64,000 nucleotides of DNA from Gemmatimonadota bacterium (GTDB lineage: Bacteria > Gemmatimonadota > Gemmatimonadetes > Gemmatimonadales > Gemmatimonadaceae). The notes below the pieces were generated by a model. It ran no database searches and was not told where the DNA came from. It saw nothing but the letters and a program-made list of their open reading frames with translations. The stretch covers positions 1 to 64,000 of the forward strand of contig JAZJZK010000007.1 of the NCBI GenBank assembly GCA_040389905.1. The letters are read 5' to 3'. Shown here one piece after another: positions 37,395 through 48,646 of the stretch. A program made the position numbers and the translations under genes. Each line of letters opens with the position of its first letter. The stretch's first letter is position 1.

Positions 37395-39409
37395 CCGCGC
37401 TCACGCGATTGCTCCAGTTGCGCCGTTCGCTGGTGGTGACACTTGCGACGCGCGCGGTGTTGATCGGTCTCGCGGTGGCGCTCGGAATACTCGCAGCTGG
37501 CCGGTCTGTTGGAGTCCCTTGGTCGGGATCAATTGGCGCGCTCGCCGGTGCGATTGCCGCGACCATATTCCTCGCCCGCCTGAGGTCCGCCAAGTCGCTG
37601 TCGAACGTCGCGCTGTGGGTCGAAGAGCGGACGCCCACGCTTCGCTATGCACTCGTCACCGTTGCAGATGGCGTTGAATCGCCAATCCTGAACCACCAGG
37701 CCCTTTCCGTTCCATGGTGGACGGACGCACGCTCGGCGCAGCTCAAATCGTTAGTGGCGCCTACGCTTGCGGCGCTCGTGACGGCTGCGCTTGCGATCTG
37801 GGCACCTGTTATCGCCGCGCGCGTGAGTAGTTCAGCTCGCCCACCATCGGCCACGAGTGGAAGCGGGCCGGTCACCGACGTCCTCGCCTCGATTCACGTC
37901 GCTGTCACTCCGCCCAATTACGCCGGTGTCGCACCGACGGCGTTCGACGACCCGACCAGTATTGAATCACTCGTCGGCAGTGCGATTACGCTGAGCGGAA
38001 AGGGTGACGCAAAGCTCCTCACCGCAAGCGCGGATTCAACGGCGCGCAGCGTGGCGCCGCGCGGCGACGGCTGGAGCCTCTCGCTCACCATGCCCACCCG
38101 GCCCGCGATCATTCGGCTGCATTCCGCTGCGGGTCGCGACCGACTCATCGTTCTCGCACCGATCGCGGACGCTGCTCCTGCTGTAACGCTTCTCATGCCG
38201 GCCCGCGACACGATTGTGCGCCGCGCAGCCGGGAGCATCCGTCTCCACGCGCAACTGCGCGATGACATCGGGCTTCGTGATGCGACGTTCGAGCTGGTGA
38301 TCACGTCGGGTGGCGGTGAAAACTTCACCTTCCGCACTGGCAGCGTTGGCCGAGTGCGAATCAACAACGCGCTCGAGGCGACGCTCGACGCACGACTCTC
38401 ACTTGATTCGTTGCGTCTCGAACCCGGCGACATTCTTCAGCTGCGCGCCGTGGCGCGCGACGGCAACACAGTGAACGGACCTGGACTCGGCGCGTCGGAA
38501 ACACGCGCACTGCGAGTGGCGCGTGCAGACGAATACGACTCCGTATCGGTCGAGGCCTTGCCGCCGCCAGAGGAAGAACAACAGGTGCTCAGCCAGCGCA
38601 TGTTGATCAACCTTACCGAGGCGCTCGTGAAGAAGCAGCGGTCACTGACGCGTTCGGTGCTCGTCGCCGAATCGCAACGCATCGCGGCGGATCAGAAGAA
38701 GCTGCGCAAACGGGTCGGCGATGTGGTGTTCCAGCGACTTGGCGCGGAGCCGCTCTCCGAGGAGGGGGCGGACACTCCGGAAGTAGGTAAGCTGACACCC
38801 GAGCGGGTGTTGGCGCTCGCGGACTCCGCTACCGGGAACGCCGGCGGCAACGTGATGGACGTCGAAGGAGACGAAACGCCGATTCTCGCCATCAACAAGC
38901 CGTTGCTCGAGGCGTTCAACGCCATGTGGGACGCCGGCCGAGCACTTGAAGTCGGCGAACCGGCGAAAGCGTTGCCTCCAATGCGCATTGCTCTCGCTGC
39001 CATTCAGAAAGCGCGAATGGCAGAGCGTATCTATCTGCGCGGCAAGCCAGGCACGCAGATCGTGGACCTCTCGAAGGTCCGGCTGTCGGGCAAGGACAAG
39101 GGCTTGTCGTCGATCCGCGAGGCGCGACTCGTGGTTGATCCGGTGCTGCGCCGGCGTAATGCGACGTTCGAGCGCGTTACGGCGATCCTGGCTCGCGACC
39201 CGGATGCAGCCGCGGATTCGTTGCTGTTGATGCGGGTGGAAGCACTCGGTGACGCCCCCGCGCTCGCGACCGCGCTGGACGAAGCCGCTCGTGCGTTGCG
39301 CAAGCGGGACGCCGCCGCCATTCCGCTCGCGTGGACGCGTGTGCGCCGAGCACTCGGTGGCGCGCCGGTGCAACGCGCGGGTGTGTCCGCATGGTTGGGC
39401 ATGCCGTGA
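37391..39409 (+). CDS. Membrane protein with Ig-like and coiled-coil regions (DUF4175-like)
   Basis: N-terminal TMs, VTPPNYAG, DAAPAV, DDIGL, LEPGD...ARD, helical C-terminus. Confidence 0.65.
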   Translation: MTALTRLLQLRRSLVVTLATRAVLIGLAVALGILAAGRSVGVPWSGSIGALAGAIAATIFLARLRSAKSLSNVALWVEERTPTLRYALVTVADGVESPILNHQALSVPWWTDARSAQLKSLVAPTLAALVTAALAIWAPVIAARVSSSARPPSATSGSGPVTDVLASIHVAVTPPNYAGVAPTAFDDPTSIESLVGSAITLSGKGDAKLLTASADSTARSVAPRGDGWSLSLTMPTRPAIIRLHSAAGRDRLIVLAPIADAAPAVTLLMPARDTIVRRAAGSIRLHAQLRDDIGLRDATFELVITSGGGENFTFRTGSVGRVRINNALEATLDARLSLDSLRLEPGDILQLRAVARDGNTVNGPGLGASETRALRVARADEYDSVSVEALPPPEEEQQVLSQRMLINLTEALVKKQRSLTRSVLVAESQRIAADQKKLRKRVGDVVFQRLGAEPLSEEGADTPEVGKLTPERVLALADSATGNAGGNVMDVEGDETPILAINKPLLEAFNAMWDAGRALEVGEPAKALPPMRIALAAIQKARMAERIYLRGKPGTQIVDLSKVRLSGKDKGLSSIREARLVVDPVLRRRNATFERVTAILARDPDAAADSLLLMRVEALGDAPALATALDEAARALRKRDAAAIPLAWTRVRRALGGAPVQRAGVSAWLGMP

Positions 39410-40017
39410 GCGATTTCGTCTTTGCCACGGCGCAATATGAGTCGGGCGACTGGGACAGCGCGCCGCTCGTCCCGGCCAACATCATCGACACCATCGCGCG
39501 TTATACGTCGATCGACGTTGCTCCGTCAGGCATCATTGTCCCGCTGGCGTCACCATCACTGTTCAGGTACCCATTGGTGTACCTCACCGGACATCTACCC
39601 GTGCGGTTCGGGCCGGGAGAATCCGCGAACCTCAAGCGGTATGCGGAGCGTGGCGGCATGCTCTTCGTGGACGATCACAATCACGACGTCGACGGCACGT
39701 TTCATCGCACATGCACCGAGGAGCTTACCCGGCTCTACGGTGCCCCAAAACCGCTGCCGAAAACCCATGCGTTGTACTCGTCGTTCTTCAAGTTCGACGA
39801 TGGCCCGCCGACGACGAGCCACGAGCTCAATGGCTGGGGAGACAACCTGGTGCACAAGACGCTCTCCGGTGTCGAGCGCGACGGTCGGCTCGTGCTTCTC
39901 TATAGCAGTAAAGACTATAGCTCCGAATGGAACTATCATCCGGAGAACAAGCGCTTCCTTTCGGTGGACAACACTAAGTTCGCCGTAAACATCGTGGTCT
40001 ATGCCCTCACGCGCTGA
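39406..40017 (+). CDS. DUF4159 domain protein
   Basis: SGDWD, YPLVYLTGH, GGMLFVDD, DYSSEW, FAVNIVVYALT. Confidence 0.82.
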   Translation: MSDFVFATAQYESGDWDSAPLVPANIIDTIARYTSIDVAPSGIIVPLASPSLFRYPLVYLTGHLPVRFGPGESANLKRYAERGGMLFVDDHNHDVDGTFHRTCTEELTRLYGAPKPLPKTHALYSSFFKFDDGPPTTSHELNGWGDNLVHKTLSGVERDGRLVLLYSSKDYSSEWNYHPENKRFLSVDNTKFAVNIVVYALTR

Positions 40018-41280
40018 CGCACGCCGTTCTGCCGAGTGGGTGCTGCGCGGCGCGCTGATCGCGGCGCTCGCGTGGGCGCTCTGGTTGAGCATACGTCGTG
40101 CGGAGTCGTCGCCGCACCCACGGCGCGCCACGCCTGCGACGTTGGCCGAGGAACTTCAGTACGCGCTAACAACGAACGATTCGGTGTCGATCGATTTTTC
40201 CATTGACGCAACACCCACGCGAGCGGATCGCGATCTGCTGGTTGCGTTGCGTCGTGCTGGAATACCGGTCAGCTGGTCCGGCTCGCAACCTCCGCTGGCG
40301 ATGCAGCTCGTACGCGAGCGCGAGCCGGCCGCCGGTGCAATCCTGCGGATTGCTGGCGACGGTGCCGCAGCCGTCGCTATCGTCGACTCGGCGGGTCCGC
40401 TGGATAGCGTCGTTGCGCAGCGCGGAGCCACCCTCGCGATGGGAACGCTTGTTGGTGCCGTGCGGGCAAAGTCCGGCGACTTCTACTCGCGCACGCGCGT
40501 TCCCGATGCGGCGACGCGTCGTCCCGTACTTGTGCTGGGCCGCGCGGGGTGGGAGACGAAGTTCGTCATGACGGCCCTGACGGAGTCCGGATGGAACGTG
40601 CGCTCGCGTATCCCGACGGCGCCGAACGTTTTCGTACACGACGATGGCCTGCTTCCCCTCGATACAGCGCGCTACGATGCAGTCATCGCGCTCGATTCCA
40701 CTGCGGCTGACATGACCGAAGCGATCGCGCGCTTCGTTCAACAGGGCGGTGGCTTGGTGTTGACGACGAACTCTGTCGATGCGCTGAAGTCTCTCGCGCC
40801 GGGCAACGCCGGTGATCGCCGCCCGGGACGAATCCTTCTCGCGGAAGACACCGTAACGTCGCGCGACCTGCCGATCCGGCCGGTCGCATCGCTTCGCACG
40901 GATGCAATCGCGCTCGAACGCCAGTCGGCCGGCGTGGCGCTCGCCGCGCGCCGCGCGGGGCTGGGGCGCGTGCTCGCGGTCGGATATGACGAAAGCTGGC
41001 GATGGCGGATGCTCGGCGGCAGCAGTGGGTTGGCTGCCCATCGAGCGTGGTGGTCGCGCGCGGTTGGTTCGGTCGTCGCCGAGCGGCTCGAGGATGCTCG
41101 GCCCGCCGGAGACGAGGCAGCGCCACGGGCGGCGCTCTTTTCAGCACTTGGTCCGCCGCGTGCGAGTGGGCCGATCGAGGCGCCGTCGCCGGTTCGCATT
41201 GGGCTCTCGATCTTCCTCCTGCTGACGATCACGATCGCGCTGCTCGCAGAGACGGCATCGCGGCGCTTCCGGGGGGCAAA

Positions 41281-41284
<4 letters not shown>
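40001..41284 (+). CDS. Membrane protein with GATase-like extracytoplasmic domain
   Basis: TM helices at both ends; WETKF, YDAVI, FVQQGGGLV, GLGRV, ESWRWRM. Confidence 0.6.
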
Positions 41285-42207
<923 letters not shown>

Positions 42208-42267
42208 ACTGCTGTCCGGCGTTGCACGCCGGGGGTTATCTTCTCTCCATCAGCGAGGGAGCAGCCA

Positions 42268-42879
42268 GTGGCATTGACTCTGTACGGCGTTACGGTAAAC
42301 GACACTTCTGCGAATGACATCGTCGTCGCCGATGTCGAGCTTATTGCCATTCGAGATCTCGCCGCCATTTGCGGTATTGTGGACTACAAGGCGGCTCAGA
42401 CGACGGAGCCGTCGGTCGATCGACACGCAGTCGTTGTGTCGACGTACTCCGCCCGGGGACCGGTGCTTCCAGCGCCTGTCGGTGCGGTGTTCCGCACGCA
42501 CGACGCGGTGCGGCGCTGGCTCGAGCTTCACTACAGCGCGCTGACGGGCGCGATGGTGTTCGTCGAAAACCGCGTTGCGGGCCGCGTGCACATCTGGCGC
42601 CCCGGCCCCGAGGAAGAGCGGGAGGCAGGCGCAGATCTCGCCGCAATCGCCGCAGAGAGTCTCCGCGTGTTGCGGCGAAGCGCCGTGGCGACGGTTCCGT
42701 TGCGCGTCGAGAAGCTCACCGGAGTCGTGCTGAGCGCGGCGTTTCTCGTGGAAGAAGAATTGTGGAAGGAATTCGTCGCCCAGGTCGCCGCACAGAAGGA
42801 GTCGGTGACTGGCGTCCGATTCGAGTTGACCGGCCCGTGGCCGCCTTACGACTTTATCCAGATGCAGCTCGGTAGCTGA
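42268..42879 (+). CDS. GvpL/GvpF family protein (orphan)
   Basis: LYGV, HAVVV, VLPAPVG, LSAAFLV, TGPWPPYDF. Confidence 0.78.
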   Translation: MALTLYGVTVNDTSANDIVVADVELIAIRDLAAICGIVDYKAAQTTEPSVDRHAVVVSTYSARGPVLPAPVGAVFRTHDAVRRWLELHYSALTGAMVFVENRVAGRVHIWRPGPEEEREAGADLAAIAAESLRVLRRSAVATVPLRVEKLTGVVLSAAFLVEEELWKEFVAQVAAQKESVTGVRFELTGPWPPYDFIQMQLGS

Positions 42880-42880
42880 C

Positions 42881-43888
42881 GTGTTTTGTCCTGAGTGTGG
42901 AACGTGGAATCGGGCGAACGCCGCTGCTTGCAGCCGGTGCACATCGGCATTGCCGGCGGTGTCGGGGCAGCCGATGGAGAAGCCGGACGACGAAATCACG
43001 ACGTTGCGCCGCGCCACTGGCAGCCGGTACCGCATCCTCCGCCGGCTTGGCGGTGGAGGAATGGCAACGGTCTACCGTGCCGAGCAGATGCCGCTGGGCC
43101 GCGATGTCGTCGTGAAGGTCCTTCATCCGCACCTGGCGCGCGACGCCGAGATGGCGGAGCGCTTTCGCCGAGAGGCCGAAGCCGCAGCGCAGCTGGTGCA
43201 TCCGTTCATCTGCCCGTTGCTCGACTTCGGGCGCTCGGGTGAGACGGTCTACATCGTCATGCCGTACCTCGGCGGCGGCTCCCTCGCCGATCGCGTGTCG
43301 AAAGATCATGCGCTCTCGCCACCGTTGATCGCGGCGGCGGCGGCGCAGGTGGCGGTGGCACTCGACCACGCGCATCGGCGCGGTGTCGTGCACCGCGACA
43401 TCAAGCCGGACAACATTCTCTTCGACGACGACGGCAACGCGTACATCACCGATTTCGGCATTGCCACCGCGCGATTTCACGGACGGCTCACGGCGAGCGG
43501 TCGCGCGATGGGCACGCCACACTACATGAGCCCCGAGCAGGCCATGGGCAAGCTCGTGGACGGCCGGAGCGACCTCTACGCGCTCGGCATCGTGCTGTAC
43601 GAATCGCTCGTCGGCTTCCCGCCATTTGACGGCGCTGATGCGTTCTCCGTGGGCTACAAGCACGTCCACGAAAAGCCGGTCGATCTTGCGGACGTCGACT
43701 CGCGCCTGCCAGAGGCGCTGACGGAAATCGTCATGCGTTGCCTCGCGAAGCCGGCGGATGAACGCTACCCCCGGGGGGATGCGCTGGCGGATGCGCTGCT
43801 CGCGTACCTCGCCACCGCTGAAGACTCGGACTCTGCCCGCCGGTCCGCGGGCCTCGCTCGCCGACCCGTACCCTCTGAACGCGCATGA
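42881..43888 (+). CDS. Soluble Hanks-type Ser/Thr kinase with N-terminal Zn ribbon
   Basis: CPEC...CSRC; LGGGGMATVY, HRDIKPDN, DFG, GTPHYMSPEQ. Confidence 0.92.
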   Translation: MFCPECGTWNRANAAACSRCTSALPAVSGQPMEKPDDEITTLRRATGSRYRILRRLGGGGMATVYRAEQMPLGRDVVVKVLHPHLARDAEMAERFRREAEAAAQLVHPFICPLLDFGRSGETVYIVMPYLGGGSLADRVSKDHALSPPLIAAAAAQVAVALDHAHRRGVVHRDIKPDNILFDDDGNAYITDFGIATARFHGRLTASGRAMGTPHYMSPEQAMGKLVDGRSDLYALGIVLYESLVGFPPFDGADAFSVGYKHVHEKPVDLADVDSRLPEALTEIVMRCLAKPADERYPRGDALADALLAYLATAEDSDSARRSAGLARRPVPSERA

Positions 43889-44907
43889 AGCTCACGCACG
43901 AAATCGTCACACTTCGCACGAAGAACCCATTCATCATTGCCCGCGGCGGATCGAGCGAATACCGCGTCGTCCGGATCACGATCACGGCGCCCGACGGCGC
44001 AACCGGCTGGGGTGAAGCCGCGCCGAGCAAGTTCTACGGCGAAACGGCGGATACGGTCGTGGATGTGCTGCCACTCCTCGCCGACGCGATCTCTGGAATG
44101 GACACGTGGTCGCTCGAGGCGATGGAGCATACGCTCGCCAAGACGATCCGGTTCAACGGATCGGCACGCGCTGGTGTGAGCGCCGCGTTGCATGATCTGG
44201 TGGGCAAGCGGCTCGGTGTCCCGATTTACAGGATGTGGGGACTCGACCCGGCGGCGTCTCCGCTGACGAGCTTCACGATTGGCATTGCGCCCGATGAGGA
44301 AACGCTGCGCGCGCGCGTTGCCGAGGCGGAGCAGTATCCGGTCCTCAAGATCAAGTTGGGTTCGAATTGGGACGAGCGCATCGTCCGCGTGGTACGTGAG
44401 CTCGCGCCGAAAAAGATCTTGCGCGTCGACGCCAATGCAGGGTGGACCCCGAAGTCCACGTTGCGCATCGTACCGTTACTGCAGGAACTCGGCGTCGAGT
44501 TCGTGGAGCAGCCACTCCCGCCGGAAGACGTCGAGGGGCTTCGCTTTATCCGCGAGCGGTCGTCGTTGCCGATCATCGCCGACGAGAGCTGCCTCGTGTC
44601 GTCCGATATTCCGAAGCTCGCCGGCGTCGTCGATGGCATCAACATCAAGCTCGCCAAGTGCGGCGGTTTGCGTGAAGCGTTACGGATGGTAGCTGTGGCG
44701 CGCGCGCACGACATGCTCGTGATGGCGGGCTGCATGATCGAGAGCTCGCTCGGCATCACGGCGGCGGCCCAGTTCGCGCCACTACTCGATTGTGCGGATT
44801 TCGATGGGCACGTGCTGATATCGAATGATCCCTATGTTGGCGCGACGATCGATGATGGGATTATTCAGATTCCATCATCGCCCGGACTTGGTGTCGAGCC
44901 GCGATAA
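43885..44907 (+). CDS. Dipeptide epimerase (L-Ala-D/L-Glu epimerase-like, enolase superfamily)
   Basis: GWGEA, LKIKLG, RVDANAGW, EQP, ADES, NIKLAKCGG, GCMIE, DFDG. Confidence 0.88.
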   Translation: MKLTHEIVTLRTKNPFIIARGGSSEYRVVRITITAPDGATGWGEAAPSKFYGETADTVVDVLPLLADAISGMDTWSLEAMEHTLAKTIRFNGSARAGVSAALHDLVGKRLGVPIYRMWGLDPAASPLTSFTIGIAPDEETLRARVAEAEQYPVLKIKLGSNWDERIVRVVRELAPKKILRVDANAGWTPKSTLRIVPLLQELGVEFVEQPLPPEDVEGLRFIRERSSLPIIADESCLVSSDIPKLAGVVDGINIKLAKCGGLREALRMVAVARAHDMLVMAGCMIESSLGITAAAQFAPLLDCADFDGHVLISNDPYVGATIDDGIIQIPSSPGLGVEPR

Positions 44908-45028
44908 GCGTAGTGCGCGCCGGCAGTGTGATGCAGATGTGAGCTCCTTGAGATCGGTACGAAGGCAGTCATGGTGATGGACGTCAAGCGGCGCGCAGCG
45001 ACTCCGCTCGCGTTTATCTTTGTCATCC

Positions 45029-47293
45029 ATGACCTGCGTTGACGTCGCCCTCGCGCTTCCCTTGTTCCGCACCTTCACGTATCGGGTGCCTGACGATCTC
45101 AAGGGAAGTATCGCCCCAGGCTCGCGCGTCGTCGTTCCCTTTCGCAACAAGACCGAGCTCGGCGTCGTCATCGCTACCGTCGAGCCGAAAGAAGGAATGA
45201 AGTTGAAAGACGTCGTCTCGGCGCCAGATGACGCGCCGGTGATGGACGCACCGATGCTCGAGCTCTGCCGATGGATCGCTGATTACTATGTCGTGCCGCT
45301 CGGCGTTGCGTTGCGCACGGCGCTTCCCGCCGCGCTTACAGGCGCCGACGTCCCTGTACCCGTGCGCAAGAAGCGCCGTGTCGCGCAGATCATCGTCGAG
45401 CTTCCGAGCCTGTTGGAGCGTGACAAGACGTTCGCGCGCGCACCACAGCAGCGCGTGCTGTACGAATTGATTGAAGCGCTCGGTGGGCGCGCCGCCATCG
45501 AGATGCTCAACGAGAAGCTGGCGTTTTCCGCATCGGTGCTGAAGGGGCTCGTGACGCGAGGATTCGTCGAGATCGGCTTCGAGACGGTCGAGCGAGATCC
45601 TTTCCTGACGCGCGCCCAACGCGCTCCCGACGCTCACGTGCCCACCGCGGCACAGAGCCACGCGATCGAGCGGCTCGCGGCGGCGGCACCGGGTCACGTC
45701 GCACTGCTGCACGGCATCACGGGCAGTGGAAAGACGCTCGTCTATCTCGAGCTCCTCAGGCGCGTCGTCATGGAGGAAGGCAAGACCGCCATCGTCCTCG
45801 TGCCGGAGATTGCGCTCACTCCGCAAACGGTCGATCGCTTTCGCGCTGTGTTTGGAGATCGCATCGCCGTGCTCCACAGTGCACTCTCCGACGGCGAACG
45901 GTATGACGCGTGGCTCGCACTGCGGCGCGGCGAGAAGCGAATCGCCGTCGGCGCGCGGTCGGCCATCTTCGCACCACTCCGCGACCTCGGCGCGATCGTC
46001 GTGGATGAGGAGCATGAGTCGAGTTACAAGCAGGGCGAGTCACCGCGGTATCACGCCCGCGAGGTGGCAATCGTACGCGCGAGGGCGGAGGGTGCAGTCG
46101 TCGTGCTTGGGAGTGCGACGCCGAGTCTCGAGAGTTGGACCAATGCGGCATCCGGAAAGTACGAGCTCCTTCCGCTGCCCGATCGGGCGGGCGGCGCGAA
46201 GCTGCCCGGAGTCGAGATCGTCGACCTGCGCGCCGCGCGGCCCAAGGTGCCGCAGACGGAATCGCCGGAATCCGACGCTGCATTCGCTATCGCGGTCAGC
46301 GCACCGCTCGACGCTCGGCTACGCGACCGCCTGGCCAAGGGCGAACAGAGCATCCTGTTGTTGAACCGGCGGGGCTATGCGGCGTTCGTGCAGTGTAATA
46401 CCTGCGGAGACGTCGCCGTCTGCCCGAACTGCAGCATCAGTCTCACGTATCACCGTACGCCGGAGCAACTCGTCTGCCACTACTGCATGCATGGGGAGCC
46501 ACTACACGCGAGCTGTGTGCGTTGTGGCGGCCTGCGACTGCGGCAGCGGGGTCTTGGCACGCAGCAGGTCGAGCGCATGCTGAACGATCGATATCCGACG
46601 GCGCGCGTTGCTCGCATGGATGTGGATACGACGAGTGGAAAGTGGGCGCACACCCAGATCCTCGATCGCGTCGGTGCCGGTGAAGTGGACATCCTGCTCG
46701 GCACACAGATGATCGCAAAGGGTTTGGACTTTCCCAATGTGACGCTGGTTGGCGTGATCGACGCGGACGTTGGAATCAATCTGCCGGACTTTCGCGCATC
46801 GGAGCGATGTTTCCAATTGCTCAGCCAGGTCGCGGGACGAGCGGGCCGAGGTCCGAAGGGCGGGGAAGTGGTGATCCAGACGCGCTCCCCGTCGCACCAC
46901 GCGGTCCAGTGCGCGGTGACGCATGATTACCACCGCTTCGTGAAGGAGGAGCTCGCCGGCCGAATTCGGCCGCCGTATCCTCCCAACGTGCGCCTGGCGA
47001 ATGTCGTCCTCAGCGGCACGCAGGAAGAGGCGACCGCTCGGCTGGCGACGTCGGTCACCGGGTGGCTGCACAAGCTTCTCAAAGCTCGACCCTCGCCGGC
47101 GATCACGGTGATCGGCCCCGCACCGTGCCCCGTCGAACGTGTGAAGAACCGCTGGCGCTGGCATGTGCTGATCAAGAGCGAGACGCAACAGGACCTCGGG
47201 CGCGTCGCACGGTATCTCGTGCAGAAGTTCGAGATTCCGAAACAGTTCGGGTTGCGGATGACGGTCGATCGGGACCCCGTCGCGCTGCTCTAG
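45029..47293 (+). CDS. priA: Primosomal protein N'
   Basis: GITGSGKT, LVPEIALTPQ, DEEHE, LNRRG, four CxxC pairs, GTQMIAKGLDF, QVAGRAGR. Confidence 0.98.
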   Translation: MTCVDVALALPLFRTFTYRVPDDLKGSIAPGSRVVVPFRNKTELGVVIATVEPKEGMKLKDVVSAPDDAPVMDAPMLELCRWIADYYVVPLGVALRTALPAALTGADVPVPVRKKRRVAQIIVELPSLLERDKTFARAPQQRVLYELIEALGGRAAIEMLNEKLAFSASVLKGLVTRGFVEIGFETVERDPFLTRAQRAPDAHVPTAAQSHAIERLAAAAPGHVALLHGITGSGKTLVYLELLRRVVMEEGKTAIVLVPEIALTPQTVDRFRAVFGDRIAVLHSALSDGERYDAWLALRRGEKRIAVGARSAIFAPLRDLGAIVVDEEHESSYKQGESPRYHAREVAIVRARAEGAVVVLGSATPSLESWTNAASGKYELLPLPDRAGGAKLPGVEIVDLRAARPKVPQTESPESDAAFAIAVSAPLDARLRDRLAKGEQSILLLNRRGYAAFVQCNTCGDVAVCPNCSISLTYHRTPEQLVCHYCMHGEPLHASCVRCGGLRLRQRGLGTQQVERMLNDRYPTARVARMDVDTTSGKWAHTQILDRVGAGEVDILLGTQMIAKGLDFPNVTLVGVIDADVGINLPDFRASERCFQLLSQVAGRAGRGPKGGEVVIQTRSPSHHAVQCAVTHDYHRFVKEELAGRIRPPYPPNVRLANVVLSGTQEEATARLATSVTGWLHKLLKARPSPAITVIGPAPCPVERVKNRWRWHVLIKSETQQDLGRVARYLVQKFEIPKQFGLRMTVDRDPVALL

Positions 47294-47491
47294 ATTGGTC
47301 GGATGTTTCGGACGTCAGGGAACTGCGTTGAGGAACTGCGTTGTTCGAGGCTGCCGAGAATCAGATTGGACAAACTGGCGGAACGACATTTTGCAAGCGC
47401 ACCGTACAAATCCGGCAGTTATCCGTAGAATCCGTACAATCTGCTCCTCCCCCTCCGAAAAACGCTTTTCCAACGCCGTATCCGACCAATC
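47293..47491. repeat. ~200-bp segment bounded by 12-bp perfect inverted repeats (GATTGGTCGGAT / ATCCGACCAATC)
   Basis: Terminal IR seen directly; internal ATCCGTA(G/C)A units and a GGAACTGCGTTG duplication. Confidence 0.6.
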
Positions 47492-47533
47492 GCACGCCTT
47501 GTTCCGAAAGATCGCGCCAATGATCTTTCATGT

Positions 47534-48646
47534 GTGACCTCCTTCAAGCATCCCGACTTCACGCAGCACCCGTTTATCGAGTACCCGGACGCATCCTTCC
47601 TCCCCGCTCCGGCAGACGGCGTGCTTCCCGAGGGATTTTTCTCGACCACCAATCTTCCGACCTACGTGCGGGTGAACGGCACCTGGCGGATGCCGCGCGA
47701 GCCGAGGATGGACTCGGTGCTCGTACTCGACCGGGAGGGGGAGCTCTGGGTTCGTGAGATGCGACGTGTCGAAAAAGACCAACTCGTCGCCGTTGGAATG
47801 GCAGAAGACGGCTCGGAAGGCATCTACGTCGACGTCGCAGGTTTCCTTGGCGACCAGAGTGGCGACGGCGAGTTCAAGTTCATGGCGAGCGAGGTGTCGC
47901 GAGAGAAGCCCATCGACTACTCGCTGATGGCGCGCATTCTCATCGACGAACGCGATCGCGGTGGCTATTGCGTCTGGGTCACCGGTCCGGCGCTCGTGCA
48001 TTCCCGCGCGCGTCACGACATGATCTGGTTCATCCAGAATGGTTTTGTCGGTGCGCTGCTCGCGGGCAACGCCGTCGCGGTGCACGACATCGAGGCGGCA
48101 ATCTTTGGCACGACGCTGGGCATGACAGGCGCGGGGGAAAACACCCAGGGGGGACACGGACTGCACATGCGCGCCATCAACAAGGTGCGCGCCGCAGGTT
48201 CGATTGCCGCCGCCGTTGCCGACGGCACGATCACCGGTGGGATCATGCACGCGTGCGTGACGAACAGCATTCCGTTCGTGCTCACGGGGTCCATTCGCGA
48301 TGATGGTCCACTCCCCGACGTCATCACCGATGCCCTTGCCGCGCAGGACGCGATGCGCGCGCACACGATGAAGGCCACGATGGCCATTCTCATCGCGACC
48401 GCGCTACATGCGATCGCGACGGGCAACATGCTCCCGGCCTTCGTCACTGAACCAGATGGATCGCTTCGCGAACTCTCGACGATTTGCGTCGACTCGCTCG
48501 AGTTCGTTGTCAGCAAACTCAAGGATCGCGGAACGCATCAGGCGTTCGGCGTCGTCACGAATGCACAGGATTTCATGCACATCTTGCGGCTCTATGTCGA
48601 ACGTGAGCTGGATCAGCGCCGAACCGCCAGTGCGGTGAGCGCATGA
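47534..48646 (+). CDS. TIGR00300 family protein (ArgZ/AgrE C-terminal-like; probable ornithine cyclodeaminase)
   Basis: FFSTTNLPT, FMASEVSREKP, GNAVAVHDIE, RAINKVRAAGSI, GSIRDDGPLPD, HAIATGNM. Confidence 0.8.
   Translation: MTSFKHPDFTQHPFIEYPDASFLPAPADGVLPEGFFSTTNLPTYVRVNGTWRMPREPRMDSVLVLDREGELWVREMRRVEKDQLVAVGMAEDGSEGIYVDVAGFLGDQSGDGEFKFMASEVSREKPIDYSLMARILIDERDRGGYCVWVTGPALVHSRARHDMIWFIQNGFVGALLAGNAVAVHDIEAAIFGTTLGMTGAGENTQGGHGLHMRAINKVRAAGSIAAAVADGTITGGIMHACVTNSIPFVLTGSIRDDGPLPDVITDALAAQDAMRAHTMKATMAILIATALHAIATGNMLPAFVTEPDGSLRELSTICVDSLEFVVSKLKDRGTHQAFGVVTNAQDFMHILRLYVERELDQRRTASAVSA

Noticed and set aside
42268..42879. Gas vesicle gene cluster
   Set aside because: Only one GvpL/F-like gene is present; no gvpA or other structural genes in the window.
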